Shown here: positions 1-12,900 of the stretch, piece after piece
Layout of the letters: every line of letters begins with the position of its first letter
Position numbering within the stretch: the stretch's first letter is position 1
From: Asterias rubens
Taxonomy: Eukaryota
DNA length: 64,000 nucleotides
Direction: 5' to 3'
Assembly (NCBI RefSeq): GCF_902459465.1
Contig: NC_047083.1
Span: 9,362,001 to 9,426,000 of the forward strand
The notes under the pieces: model-generated
What the model saw: only the letters and a program-made list of their open reading frames with translations
The model's database searches: none
What the model was told of the DNA's origin: nothing
Program-made: the position numbers and the translations under genes

Positions 1-63
1 CGTATCAAAGGGTATTTTCTCAGTGAAAAGTCATTCCAAACATAATGTTGATAATATATTTAC

Positions 64-2821
64 CTGAAATACACCAACACCAATTCCTATACCACCAACT
101 GCTCCAATGTGAACTTTCAGCTCCTCAACTAGGGCGTTCTTGCAACCCTAGGCATAAACAAACACCAGCATTGAATTACGTGGTATTTAAATGAAGGCAG
201 TGGAAACTATTAATTACTCAAAATAGTTATTAACATAAAACCCTTATTGGTAAAACATTGTGAACCCTCTGAAGTAACGTAGTTTTCGAGAAAGAAGTAA
301 TTGTCCACGAATTTGTTTTCGATACCTCAGAATTAGATTTGGACGTCCCGAAACAAGCCACTGCAAGCACACAACTTTGTGTGACAAGGGTGTTTTTCTC
401 CCATTCATATCTCGCAACTTCGACGACCAAATTGCGCTCAAATTTTCACTGCACATGTTGAGATACACCAACTGTGAAGGCTAGTCTTTGACAAGCGTCT
501 TTAAACAACTGTCAATTTGTCGCAACCCTCTCATCAAGACACAGCTCTGCCCTCATGGCAACCCCACCCCCTCCCCCCACCCAAACCAATTACTCTAGTA
601 CCCCTCTTACCCGTTCCCACTTAGCAGCAAGTGTGTCCATACCGCATCCTGCGACGTGTGTAATACAGCATGAGTCTGGCGTCTGGCCTGGTCCGTACAC
701 GCGCGGATGGAACTCGTTCCAGTCGGTGCCATTTGTGACTCCACAACACAGTAACTGGAAGAGTAAAAACATTTCCAGCTTATTATTAGAAAGCAAAACA
801 TATGTTACATTAACTTGACCCAATTTCATAGAGCTGCTAAGCACACACATTTTGCTTAGCATGAAATTTCTTCCTTGACAAAAACAAGATTAAAACCAAT
901 TAATTTCCATTTGCTGCGTATAGCTTGTTTGCTTCCTGAAAATCACGAAGAAACTTGGTTGGTAATCCTGTTTTTATCAAGGAAGAATGCTAAGCAAATT
1001 GTTGTGCTTAGCAGCTCTATGAAAATTGGCCCGGGTCGCAGGTTCAAGTCCCACTCATTCAACAACCTCAAATAATTTAAAGTATCCCACTCATCAGTTT
1101 CTCTAATAAGTAGTTTATCAAAATATTGTGAGAAAACAATCCTTAAAATAACCTCTTGTTTTTGGCAAACGGAACAGTCTCTACTGACAGTGTGCTAAAT
1201 ATTACGGTACCAAGGACAAAACACAAAATGGAAAACAAAAGTACTCAATTAGGGGAATTCTAAAGACTGTGCTGTACAAGGGGAAACAAAACGAAAGAAT
1301 GCTCAACATGAATGCATTCAAAAGAATGCGTGTACATTCAAGGATACATTTTTAAGAATGTGTCAACAAAAATGTGTGTACTATAATTATTATTATACGG
1401 GAAGGTATTTTTAAGCATGTTATGGCTTACAGGGCGCATTTCTAAGAATGTGTGGGCTTACAGCGAAGCACTTCAAGAAGCACTTTTTAAGACTTTGTGT
1501 TGGACTTACAAAGTTGTGCATTCTGTCCCACGCTGAGTGTGTGGACTTACAGGAACGCATTTTTAAGAAAGTGTGGACTTACAGGGGTGCATTTTTAAGA
1601 ATGCGTGTGGACTTACAAAGTTGTGCATTCTGTACCACGCTGAATGTTTGTACCTACAGGAGCGCATTTTTAAGAATGCATTAATTTACAGAGTGCAGTT
1701 TTAAGAATGCGTGTTGGACTTACAAAGTTTTGCATTCTGTCCCACGCTGATGTTAATCCTTGCTGTCCGGTTGCGCCGTACAGCGACAGTCCATTCTGGG
1801 AGAGATCCTGCTCAACATACGCCCCTACCTGGCTCCTATTAGCCACGCCCAGCCCTCCGGCGATCATTTCTATGATCAGGATACCAGCCATTAAGATGAA
1901 ATACTTAACAAAGAAAATAAACAAGAACAAATGTTAGGGGGACGTAAAGCTTTCCATAGAGCGTGCTTGTGTTTCATGTATAACAATATGTACATATGAT
2001 TTGACTGAGAATCTCCACGTGAAATGATTGCAAGGTCAAAATGTGATTATGGACGGGGATTGACGTGGGCCTCAAGGCATATCTTGGACGTAATTTACGA
2101 GCCAAGCCTTGGAGTGTGACGTCAGATGTTCAGACCGAAAGGCCACTGAGGCCGTGTCCGAATTTGCGAAAGGAAAATAAGAACCTGGGAAAAGAAGTGG
2201 CGCCTGGTGGCGCTTTATATTATACTTACCGTCAGCACCATACATGGGTTCTCTCTGACTGCACCACAACATCCCAGGAAGGATACCAGCATAATGATGC
2301 CACCAACGATCATAGTAACGGTTGCCGCATTGAGGAACGGGAAGCTGGGTAAGAGGGTAGCGAAGGGACCCTCACGGTTGAGCAGGTAAGCACCGGCTCC
2401 TAGCACCGTCCCCCCGGAGAGCTAGACGGGGAGAATTAGGGGAAAGAGAGGTTTATCAACAAACAAGAGAGCATGCAGCGAAACTGACATGGGACTGGCT
2501 TTACACATCTAAAGATGACTTTTTGTTTATACTTTTGTATAACCTTGACGGCCCCTGTCCAACTTGTAATCATTGTTGTAATATGTCNNNNNNNNNNNNN
2601 NNNNNNNNNNNNNNNNNNNNNNNNNNNNNNNNNNNNNNNNNNNNNNNNNNNNNNNNNNNNNNNNNNNNNNNNNNNNNNNNNNNNNNNNNNNNNNNNNNNN
2701 NNNNNNNNNNNNNNNNNNNCAACATCGTCATTATGTGGCCAAACATAATACTCACAAAAAACAGCAGATTGAAGGCGAATAGTAGATATTTGACACATTG
2801 GGCGCATCCTTGCAACGCCAT
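64..2821 (-). CDS. TSPAN4/9-like: Tetraspanin A (TSPAN4/TSPAN9/CD53-type), 5 coding exons in window; last exon lies beyond position 1
   Basis: Exons 2821-2756 (MALQGCAQCVKYLLFAFNLLFF), 2421-2230 (LSGGTVLGAG...GCCGAVRENPCMVLT), 1903-1724 (YFILMAG...[12 protein letters not shown]), 754-611 (LLCCGVTNGTDW...PDSCC...KWER), 147-64 (GCKNALVEELKVHIGAVGGIGIGVGVFQ). All junctions are GT-AG and phase 0. Shows the CCG motif, PxSCC, a 6-Cys large extracellular loop and a GxFATLxPSFPxLxAA segment like TSPAN4/9. 222 aa visible. Confidence 0.95.
817..1032. mobile_element. MITE family with (G)GCCCAATTTCATAGAGCTGCT termini (Harbinger-like)
   Basis: Inverted ends gacccaatttcatagagctgctaagcac / gtgcttagcagctctatgaaaattggcc. 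Related pieces near 11215-11550, 26150, 43450, 44470, 45780-45920, 50800-51225 and 63255-63680. Confidence 0.6.
1300..1750. repeat. Degenerate minisatellite in tetraspanin A intron 3, including three 107 bp-spaced copies of the exon 3 end and donor
   Basis: tggacttacaaagtt(g/t)tgcattctgt(c/a)ccacgctga occurs at 1501, 1608 and 1715. Many aagaatgcgtgtggacttacagg subunits surround them. Confidence 0.9.
2588..2719. other. Assembly gap (132 N) in tetraspanin A intron 1
   Basis: Run of n between coding exons 1 and 2. Confidence 0.99.
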
Positions 2822-4943
2822 CTTGGAAGAACTGCAAGAAAAACACAACCAATCAATGGATTTTAACACAACTTTAAAATACTAAACAGAATGTAGGAGA
2901 AACCTTTAAAGGCACTGGAAACCTTTGGTAATTCAAAGACCAGTATTCTCACTTGGTGTATCCCAACATACGGACAACTCTATGAACATCTGACTAAATT
3001 TGGTCATCGAAGTTGCAAGAGAATAATGAAACACCCTTGTTTCACAAAAGTGTGTGCTTTCAGATGCCTAGATAGGGCTTCACGACTGGTCTTTTATCAG
3101 TTTCAAATATTTGAGTGAGGAATTACCTCTTTCTCAAAAACTTCGTTACTTCGGAGGGAAACGTTTCTCCATTGATGGTGTCGTTTTTTATGCTATTTGA
3201 GTAATCACCAACAGTGTCCAGTGCCTACAAACAAACAGCTTGACTTTTCATTGAAGTGTTCCTTTTTCACAGGCGTAGTTCGCCTTCTTTGATTTGCAAA
3301 ATCACATGAGTCATGTATGGCTGTCGGATGAGCCAATAAGTTGTGTTGAGGAGGTCCCTAGCCTGGCACTTCCCTTGACTGTTTATTAACCCTTCCTCCC
3401 AAAAAGGACGAGGGGAATTACGTCTTCAAAGTCAGGTATTAAAGATCTGTGACGTCAAGCTAGTAATATGGACATCCGAGGAATTTAAAGGCACTGGACA
3501 CTCATTGGTAATTACTCAAAATAATTGTTAGCATAAAAACTTACTTGGTAACGAGTAATGGGGAGCTGTTGGAAGTACTAAACATTGTGAGAAACGGCTC
3601 CCTCTGAAGTAACGTAGTTTTTAAGAAGGAAGTATACATTTCTCACTGAAATATATTTATGGATTTCAGGCAAGGGGTGTTTTTTCTTTCTTTATTCTCT
3701 TGCAACTTTAGGTTTGTTATTGTTTGCTATGCATAAATGTTGAGATGTACCAAGTGAGAATACTGGTCTTTGACAATATTACGAAGCGTGTCCAGTATCT
3801 TTACAAGATAAAGGACATGCTTTCATTCAAACAAAATGACTTTATATTATTCACAATAGCAGATAGATTGTATAAGCTGTAATGTGAACACTCCCCTGTA
3901 ATACTGTACGTGAAAATTCCTCCGTGACAAAGGAAACCAAGTAGATTTTAAAACTCACGTGAAAAAAAGAAGTTTATTATGGCCTACACTTCTTTAAAAC
4001 TGTCCATGAGTATAGACATTCGACAAGTGGTAACCAAAGAAATCATTGACATCGTTTCTCTTGAAAACAATTTTACTAACACACACGAAATATTGTTTTA
4101 CACCCGAAGGTTCCAGATACAATTATGTCAACATCACTCACCTGTAATTTGTTTACTGTGTTGTGTGTAACTGTCTCGATAGAGCGGGTTTCTTTTCGTT
4201 TATCTATCTCCAAAATGTTTATTGCGCGCTCTTGTGTTTCTCTGTAGCGGCGCACACTTAAATTCCCCTCATCTTTTGAGTAAAAATCCTTCAAGTTTGC
4301 CACAAGCTGATCCAAAGAAAATGTCTCCCGAAGTAGATATACCGTAACTTTGAAAGGAAACTGTTCGTTCCTGAGAATACACAAGAAACAGGAACTACCC
4401 CTAATTCGATGAATTAAGCTACCCCACATTCCGTCATAATTAATTGACCAATCAGGATGGCGCATTGGGGTGTTTTTTTTTCCGCCCACGTGGAGATAGT
4501 ACGTCCGTCTGCAACCTCGTACTTATGGTGGTCGAACCCAAGTAGCTCGTCATATAGAGAAGATATGCAAATGTTTTTTTTTAATCGATCATTATGAACT
4601 CAAAAAGTTCCAAAGGCACAAAGTGATCTGTATCACCACCAATAATAACAGTTTCACCATGAGTTCACCCAATGCTGTAATAATCTAGACTTTGCACATG
4701 AAGTCTTATCATGCTTATGCCCCCTTTTGTCATTTTATTAAAACAATTAATATTAAATTTTGTTGCAAAAGTTTGACATCGAAATTTACATCAATTTGTG
4801 CGACTTGGAACACAGTCCCTGGGGGGGGGGGGGACTCACGGTCAGAAATCGGAGTCTTTATTTGAGACTTTCGGCAAAGTGGCAATAATTTGCGACCAAG
4901 GACAATGTCATTTGGCAATATTATGTCAATATTATGGCATTAA

Positions 4944-5331
4944 AGGAACACGTTGCCTTGGGATCGGACGAGTTGGTCTATGAAAAGCGTTTGAAACCGT
5001 TTGTTATGAAATGCATATGGTTGGAATGATGTTTTAAAAGTAGAATATAAATAATGATCCACACAAGTATCACTCAAAATTGCACGGTTTTCATTTTACG
5101 TCGCGAACTATCACGGTCGGCCATTTATGGGAGTCAAAATTTTGAATCCCATGAATGGCCGGCCGTGTTATTGGACGAGGTAAAAAGAAAACCATGCAAT
5201 TTCGAGGCATATTTGTGTAGATCATGGTATTCTACTTTTACATCATCTTTCTAACCATATGCATTTTATAATAAACGGTCACAAAACGATTTTCAAAGAC
5301 CAACTCGACCGATACAAGGCAATGTGTTCCT
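4944..5331. mobile_element. Kolobok-like non-autonomous TIR element, family 2
   Basis: ttaa|AGGAACACGTTGCCTTGGGATCGGACGAGTTGGTC...GACCAACTCGACCGATACAAGGCAATGTGTTCCT|ttaa, with a central hairpin. Further copies at 37102-37482 (nested in a family 1 copy) and partial copies at ~40706-40775 and ~54205-54419. Confidence 0.75.
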
Positions 5332-5989
5332 TTAAGTTACGTTTGTTGTTACACCACTATATTATACAAACGCACCCAAACAAACAACATAAATAGAATA
5401 GACATTGGATTTTCACCACTTTGTTTTATTTACCCATAATGACACTAAAACATTTTTATTATACTCATTTCTATCACAAATCTACAATTCAAACAGTCAC
5501 TTTCCACCTTGATGTCCAAAGACAATGGTTACAGAAGGATCAATGCTGACATCACACCGACACGACCTCAAGAGAGAATTTCAGGTTAGAGGGTCTGGGT
5601 ACCTTTTGTAGGACAACAAAACACAATGTCCACAGACTTACACTAAACTTACACAGTTTGAAGATAATGATAGTAGAAAGCTTCCCTGAAAATATTACTT
5701 GACGAGTGCTATAGTTTTGAGAAAATGAGTAAAACATTTGTCGCCTCGTTGAACATGAGACAAACATTAATTGAGAATGTAGAAACATATCATCTTGACA
5801 TTGGTTTACTAATTTTTCATAAACTAGAGCACCTCAGCAACTAGTTTCTTTAAGGTACGCTTTCTACCATCAATATCTTCGAAATGTGTTGTGTGTGATC
5901 ATCTGAAATAATGATATTGAGGTTGTGGGCTGCTTTCGTAACAGCAGATCATGCGGTAAAAAAGATATTGACAGAAAGGGGCGACCACA

Positions 5990-6060
5990 TAGATAGCTCC
6001 GTTGGTTGAACACCCGTATGTAAATCCAAAAAGACGCTGGTTCAAATCCTGCCCTAGTCA
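5990..6060 (+). mobile_element. tRNA-derived SINE head (degenerate)
   Basis: A-box-like TAGCTCCGTTGG (5994) and B-box GGTTCAAATCC (6039). No complete cloverleaf. A related piece lies at 40445-40575. Confidence 0.5.
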
Positions 6061-6504
6061 TTCTTTCCATATTCAAACCGTAACCGAGTTTCGTTTGCAT
6101 AAGATTTCCCGAATAAAATATATCATCACGTGATTTTTATAAAAGTGTGATAAGTACTTGAAGTACGAAAAGAAAATACTTTTTTTTTTACATAGTACAA
6201 AATGACAAATAGGTTGAAATAGTGAAAATATACTACTAGACATCAAGTTTTAAAAATATAACAGATATGAAAATAGGTATACAGTGAACAAAACATCATT
6301 ATTAGTAGTACGAAAATAGACTTGTAGGATACAAGTATGCAAGGTAAACGATTTTTACAAAGAGGAAACAATATGCGTTTATGTGCACAGCCACACATCT
6401 TAAACTTTTTGTTCGTGCCCATATTTGTATGAACAGTTTGAAAACCACTGATGTATAGCAGTTTTCTCAATGTTTTTATATCAATGGGAAACTTTGAGGC
6501 GCTA

Positions 6505-6606
6505 GGTGGCAGCAGACTTACCAGGTAAATTTCCATTGTTGACGTATTCTGAGCATGCGCACATTACCGAGAACAATGGATTTTACCTGGTAAGTCTGCT
6601 GCCACC
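6505..6606. mobile_element. 102 bp hairpin MITE
   Basis: GGTGGCAGCAGACTTACCAGGTAAA...TTTACCTGGTAAGTCTGCTGCCACC inverted arms. Confidence 0.65.
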
Positions 6607-9600
6607 AACCGTCCCAAAAGTCCCCTATTAACAATCTCTGTGTCAATAATGAATAAAAAGTGCTCGAGTTTGTCGAGTACAAGATCTGCAAAGAGTTACT
6701 CAATGAATGCTGTTCATTTAGGTGAATTTTCAACAAAACGTGCACCATTGTCTGTGGCTGTGTTCAAGTACATTCGTCAGAACAATAGGTTTTGAAATCA
6801 TATCTCTGGTTCTCCAACATAAAAAAATTGAAACAAATTGTGACCTTTGAGGTTGTTCGTTTTTCATGTCGTTGAATGTACAATGTATATCTACATAGTG
6901 TTAAGTGCTTTAACTGTCCGCCTTCATTGCTTCAAAACGACTGGAATTTGAGACTACACGTCTACAACTCAAGTTTCTAACCGCTCTGTTGTGACCTATT
7001 TTGAATATACATGCATAATGCAAATTACTATGCAAATAAGATTATAAATAGTATAGCTGTGGTGTTCAACAAAGCCATGATCATTTAAATATTCATGCAT
7101 TATGCACTAAACTATTCAAATCATTGTGCAACTTCTATAATGGGAGATGTTCTCGAAACGCAAAGACATTGGGCATGAAGATTAAATCAGAAACACATTT
7201 GAAATAAACCTGCCTTCCTAATGATTATTTAACATTCAGGGGTGAGAGTCATTACTAACGAACAATTCTGAAACTTGGATACAAATTCAAAGATATTTTG
7301 AAATGCCATTTCTACCTTTTGGAAACCCCTGGGGTTATAGATTCCAAATAGCTTTTGGAAACAATATCCACAGCACTATAGAAGTAGACCAATGAGCAGG
7401 ATTTCTTTATTTATGGAACAAAATATTGTCTGATTTTCTTCACCAGCCCGACATAAAAAGTCGGACTTCAGCCAAAAGTTTGAACAATCTCATCCCTGAA
7501 CATTATACTAGTTTTTTTTTTTCTCTTTCTAAGCATTCGTTGCAAGATGTTTTCTTTGTCAACTTGGTCCTTGTCCGAATTGGCGGCTAAAGGGCAGCCT
7601 TAATTTCAAGCCGTAACAGCAGCCATAGCCGCTATTTCGGCTCATGACCTTCCTATCCAGTACAATTCAGTCTTGTTTACTTCAGGTAATACAATTTCAG
7701 AAGGGGGATGGGGTACATATTTCAGATTAATGTTTAAAATAGTGTGGGAGAGAGATGGCATAGTTTTATATGGTTTTGTTTCAGGCTGAACTAATTAACA
7801 CGTTAATCAAACTACCCTCATTAACGAAACCACACCAACAGTCACGGTGCTGCTTTAAAAAAAACAGGAACCAGTAACATAAAAAAGAAATGCCACGGCA
7901 AAATTAACTGGTAGTACCGGTACCCTTTTTCGCTTAGCGGATATTTTCTGTGCTAAGCAGTTCCGTGTGAACAGTATGTGTTCTGTGGGGCATGTGTATC
8001 GATGTTATATAAAACACAAAACAGTTCAGCCAAAATCTCCCTCCCAACTAGTGCAAGTAAATAATAGTGCTTAATGTTTTAAAGCGCCTGTATACATCTA
8101 AAAACTTTCTGTTATAAAACACAAAATACAAAATGCATATCAGGTTTGATAAAAGTGTAACTATTAAACTGTCCTTAGAACTGCAATACATAATACACAC
8201 CTTTGGTGTAACAAATAACAGCATAAAGACTCTATTTAAGAAGAAATTATAAAAGGGTGAATATTCACTAGGCAGCCATTTCGAGAAAAACCAAGGCCGT
8301 TGGTTTTTGACTAGTTCTGTTTTAAATTTTGTTTTCAAAACACAATAATAGAGTAAAAGTAGAGTAATATTCAAATGAGTGCATAAAATATTCAGCTAAC
8401 AAATACACAGTGCATAATTGTCAAACAATGAATCTACTTCACCCACGTGGCTACTTCTTATATGTACATCAACACATAATGTATGCAAATATATGCACAA
8501 TCCTGACAGCACTGCATAATAAATTATGCATAATTCTGAATAAATTATGCATAATTCTGAATAAATTGTGCATCTTAAGCAAAAAAAAAAACTATTTAAA
8601 AAAAGCTTGCAATGATTAATAAATTGGGAAAAACAATATACAATCCCCTACCAAGGAAAATCGCTTTTGGTGTACCGAAAAATTAATTTTTATTTGTCCT
8701 GTCCGTGCTCCATACTTCAACTTTGAACTTTGGGGTCAGAACTGCTACTTGCTCATCAATAAATAAATCTCACTAACTATTTCTAAGCCTATCTGTACTT
8801 TCATTAGGTCGATGAGGGGACCTGCAGCCGATTTCACGAAACGCTAAGATTAATCCTATCTGGAGTTGGGACGAGGCCTGTCCTATTTTACGATGGGTTC
8901 AATGCTCCCTACGTCTAAGGATACAGAACTCAAACTCATCCCTAGTCCTAAGATAATCCTAAGTTAGGAAGAGTTTGATGAAATTGAAATCTGTACATTG
9001 ACCAGTGATATTGACTAAGGTATGGCCTTGTATATGGACCATGTGTGATGTTTTTGTACAAACACTTTGTTGTTCCTCAAGGATCCGTTTATGGACCTCG
9101 GCAATTACTCGTGCCTACTGCAGTCCTGTATACAGATTTGTTACTAAATAAAGGAGGGGGCAAAGTGAGTACTGGTTGAATAAAATCCCTGATGAAGATA
9201 AGATTGCTTAAAAAGCGCACATTATAAACACAAGCATAGGCCTACCATAACCTGATCAAGTTAAAATGGACAAACAGCTAAAACCTACAAACTCACATCT
9301 CAAACTAAAAAATATATAATCCGTGATCCAACAATTCAAACCAAAAAGTCTCTGAGTGCATGACTTATGTTTGCTTGCATAACCTAAAAAAGTACTGTGA
9401 CACGATTTCAGTATAAAAATAAAAAAAACAAAATTTACAAGTTAAAAATTTTTACTGGACTGAATTTTTTCCCCAACTAATGCTGCTGAGATAGTCCGTT
9501 TGATGAACTTCAACCCAAAGAATTGTTGGATCAGGATTATGTATAATGCACTTTGATTCTGTCATGCATATTATGTGTGAATAGCAAAAACGAGAGAGGG

Positions 9601-9903
9601 TCCGAAACCAGACATCCATAGACAATCAAACGTGTAGATGGTGTTGGAATACATGATGTTGTTAAGAAAGCCTATCACGAGGTACAACTTAAAAACTTTT
9701 TAGTACAGACAAAGAAATTCAAAAAATGTGCTGCAATAAAAAATCACGCTTAGCACAAAATTAAACTGCTTACCTGATAAAATATCTGAACACATTTTTG
9801 TTATTTCTTTTAAGATCTTTTTAGGATTTTTCAACATAATGATTTTCAAACAATACACGTCTGGTTTCGGACCCATCCTGCAAAAGTGTAACTGTGCTAC
9901 TTT

Positions 9904-12900
9904 TTATGCGTAGCTGCCACGCTTAATCCCAGTGTACAGAACCATCGAGAAGATCATGCCGAGAATCTGCGGAAGAGGAAAAGAACGAGAAAAAAAGCGT
10001 TAATGACCTGACATACTAGCCGAGTATTTGTCGAAGGCTCAATAAATAGAAAATTTGCATCTGGCTTTTTTTCATTCATCAGCCACTATGAAATTAATAA
10101 CATTTACTTCTTTTCAGTCATTAAACGAGGCCATGCTTTTGATCTAGACTTGGATTTCAAAAGCACAAAGATGTTAAAAAGAGGTGCTTACTATGTAAAG
10201 CAGAAACAGAAGGGTTAAGATAAGATAAGATAAGTAGGATTTGCAACTTTGCATGGTTGAAATACGATATTGTGGTATGGTAACACCATGTTGATAATCT
10301 TTAAAAGAGTTGGAGTGGTTCTTGGAAAGATCGAAAACGTTGAGTTGACTGATTGAAACGTCGAGTTGAAACCAACGGTTGTTTTCAGATCCACCCCAAC
10401 TCATTTAGAGTTTGTCATTACATGGTGTTACCGTAAACCTTACTAATATTAGATAAAATAAGAATTTATTAAGCCAATGTTAAAAAGTTAAAAACCAAAA
10501 CATCGGAAAGTGTACAATGTACCTTGAGCAATCTCTATTACAAAAACAAAATAACATTTTATTATAATTATTATTATTTATTGGACCAAAACTATGCAAA
10601 ATGTACAATGAATAAGTATAATCAAGCAAAAAGCAAACAAAATAAACAAAAGAAAGTACAACGATATTTTAAACACATCAGCAGAGAAAATACAAAATAT
10701 ACATACAAGATGACAGATGACAGATGTTCATGTCTTTGTGTACAAAGAACCTAGCACTGATACTTCACAGATACAACCATAGAGTAAGGACAGAGAAGGA
10801 GTTACAACTAGAGCCCTTATCTTATCTGACACCAATTATCCAATTAGCGCACGACCCGAACCCTGTGGAAACCTATGGAGCCCACCCGCTGCACAAGTAA
10901 ATATCAGCGACCGCATTCAGCCCTTTGTGTCCTATGTGTGTTACCGCGTTTCGCTGGTGTCGCTGGTATCACATCGTTTTCATTCACTGTCCTTACTCTA
11001 TGATACAACGAAGGCGATCGCCTCCATGCCCTTGGTATGCTCTCGTTGAAATTTTAAATGTCCACATAGTCAAAGGGTGCCCTTTACCAAGGAGAAAATA
11101 CCTTGGTGCCCTTGCCCTTTCAAAAATGAAGGATACAGGTCTAAAAATGGCTGCCCAACCAGCAGGGTTCAACTTCAAAGCTCTGCTTAACCGTAAACAA
11201 ATAATGTGGAAGCAGGGATTTCTGTGCTGACGTCAAGCGTATTCACAGGTTAGCTGGGAATTTTGGATTGTGTGCGTGCAAATTCACGTTACAAGGCATT
11301 CTACGCTTACACAGCAAGTGCAGAAATTCCGTGCCGTGCAAGCGTAGAATGGTGATCGCGAGCGCAGAATTTGGCTGTATACAGAGCCATGAAATAGGGA
11401 AGCAGGGAATTCTTTGCTTGAAACCTCAAGCGAATTTCACTGGTTAGCAGGAATTTTGGCTTATGTTATTTCATCCAGCGCAGAAATTTGGCGCATCAGA
11501 AGCGCAAAATTTGGCGGTAAGCAGAGCCATAAAATTGGGCCCAGTACTTGCGCGTAAAAATAGGCTACTATGATTGGTCAAAAGGGAAGGAAGGGTTTTT
11601 TGTTTACCTGGAACACCCCAATGGCGAGGCCACCAGCTGCAATGTAATAAATGCGATCTTCCAGACTGGTGATGAGTTTTTTCTTGCAACCCTGGAAGAA
11701 AGAAAAACATCGTTACAGGAACATTACAGAATTGGTAAGAAAAAATGATGAAGATCACAGATTTACATAAAACTCAGGCATGCAACTGCCCGTTAAAAAG
11801 AAAAAGAGGAAAATGTTCAAAGACACAATGCAAGTGCGGAGCGAGGCAGCCGAACTGCCACGGGACATGATACCCACATTGGTACCCTAGAAAATGTTGA
11901 GGTTTATTATGCTCTTGGGTGCATTTTTAGGATGTACTAGGCTTATTTTACATGATTGTAGTTGTACACTGTTAATGCCAGGCATATATTAGGCTAAAAA
12001 TATAAGTAAAATAGTTTTTTTTTTGTTTCTTTTTTTCGTTTTTTTTCATGTTAAAAAAAAAAAAAAAAAAAAAAGGAATTCCACTGAAACGCGGGAGAGT
12101 TGCATGAACTTGAAACTAATGATGATGATAGTCGAAACCGTCTTCAGGTCTTTTGCGTCTGACGACTTTCAAGTAAAAAAAAAAAAACTTACGTCCATGT
12201 ATTTCTTGGAGGCTGTGTTTTTACCACAGCCGTCTTCTTGCACCGTACAACAGGAATCGGGAGTCTGGTTTTCAGTGAACATTGGGGAGCTTTGACCCCA
12301 GTCTAGAGAGCCGTTAACGCCACAGCACATCAGCTAAATATAAAAAAGGCAAACGACAACTAATAATATAATTCAATCAAATTTATTTCCATACTTTTTT
12401 TGTTTTTTTATTCAGGAGATGACAAGAGATGACCAAGCTAGTCAAAACAGTTACATCATTTAAGAACTTGCTCCGCAGTAGTGCAGTTAATAACGAGCAC
12501 TATAAGCTGAAGTAGTAGTCCCTGTCGATTTTCTACCTTGCGCCCAGGTAGTGGTTAAAAAGCAGGACAGTCCTTTTCAGAACTGAGAAGTCTCCTAAAA
12601 AAATTTGATCTTGGTTGTAAAATATTTTTATTGTATTTTTTAATATATATATATTTATTTATTGTTGCAATCTTACATAAACAAACAAAGTATTTCCAGT
12701 TAACATCGGATTTAAATGTTTTTTATTTCATTCATATCTCGCAACTTCGACGACCAAATTGAGCTAAAATTTTCACAGGTTTGTTATTTTATGCATATGT
12801 TGAGATACACCAAGTGAGAAGACTAGTCTTTGACAATTACCAATAGTGTCCACTGTCTTTAAGTTAAAGCCAACAAGATACTGTCCTTTGATTCTACCTC

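Noticed and set aside
2436-2885. ORFs spanning the N run
   Set aside because: Artefacts of translating through an assembly gap. Only 2756-2821 is coding.
5990-6060. Possible tRNA gene
   Set aside because: It has A/B boxes but no pairing acceptor or anticodon stems, so it is better explained as a SINE head.
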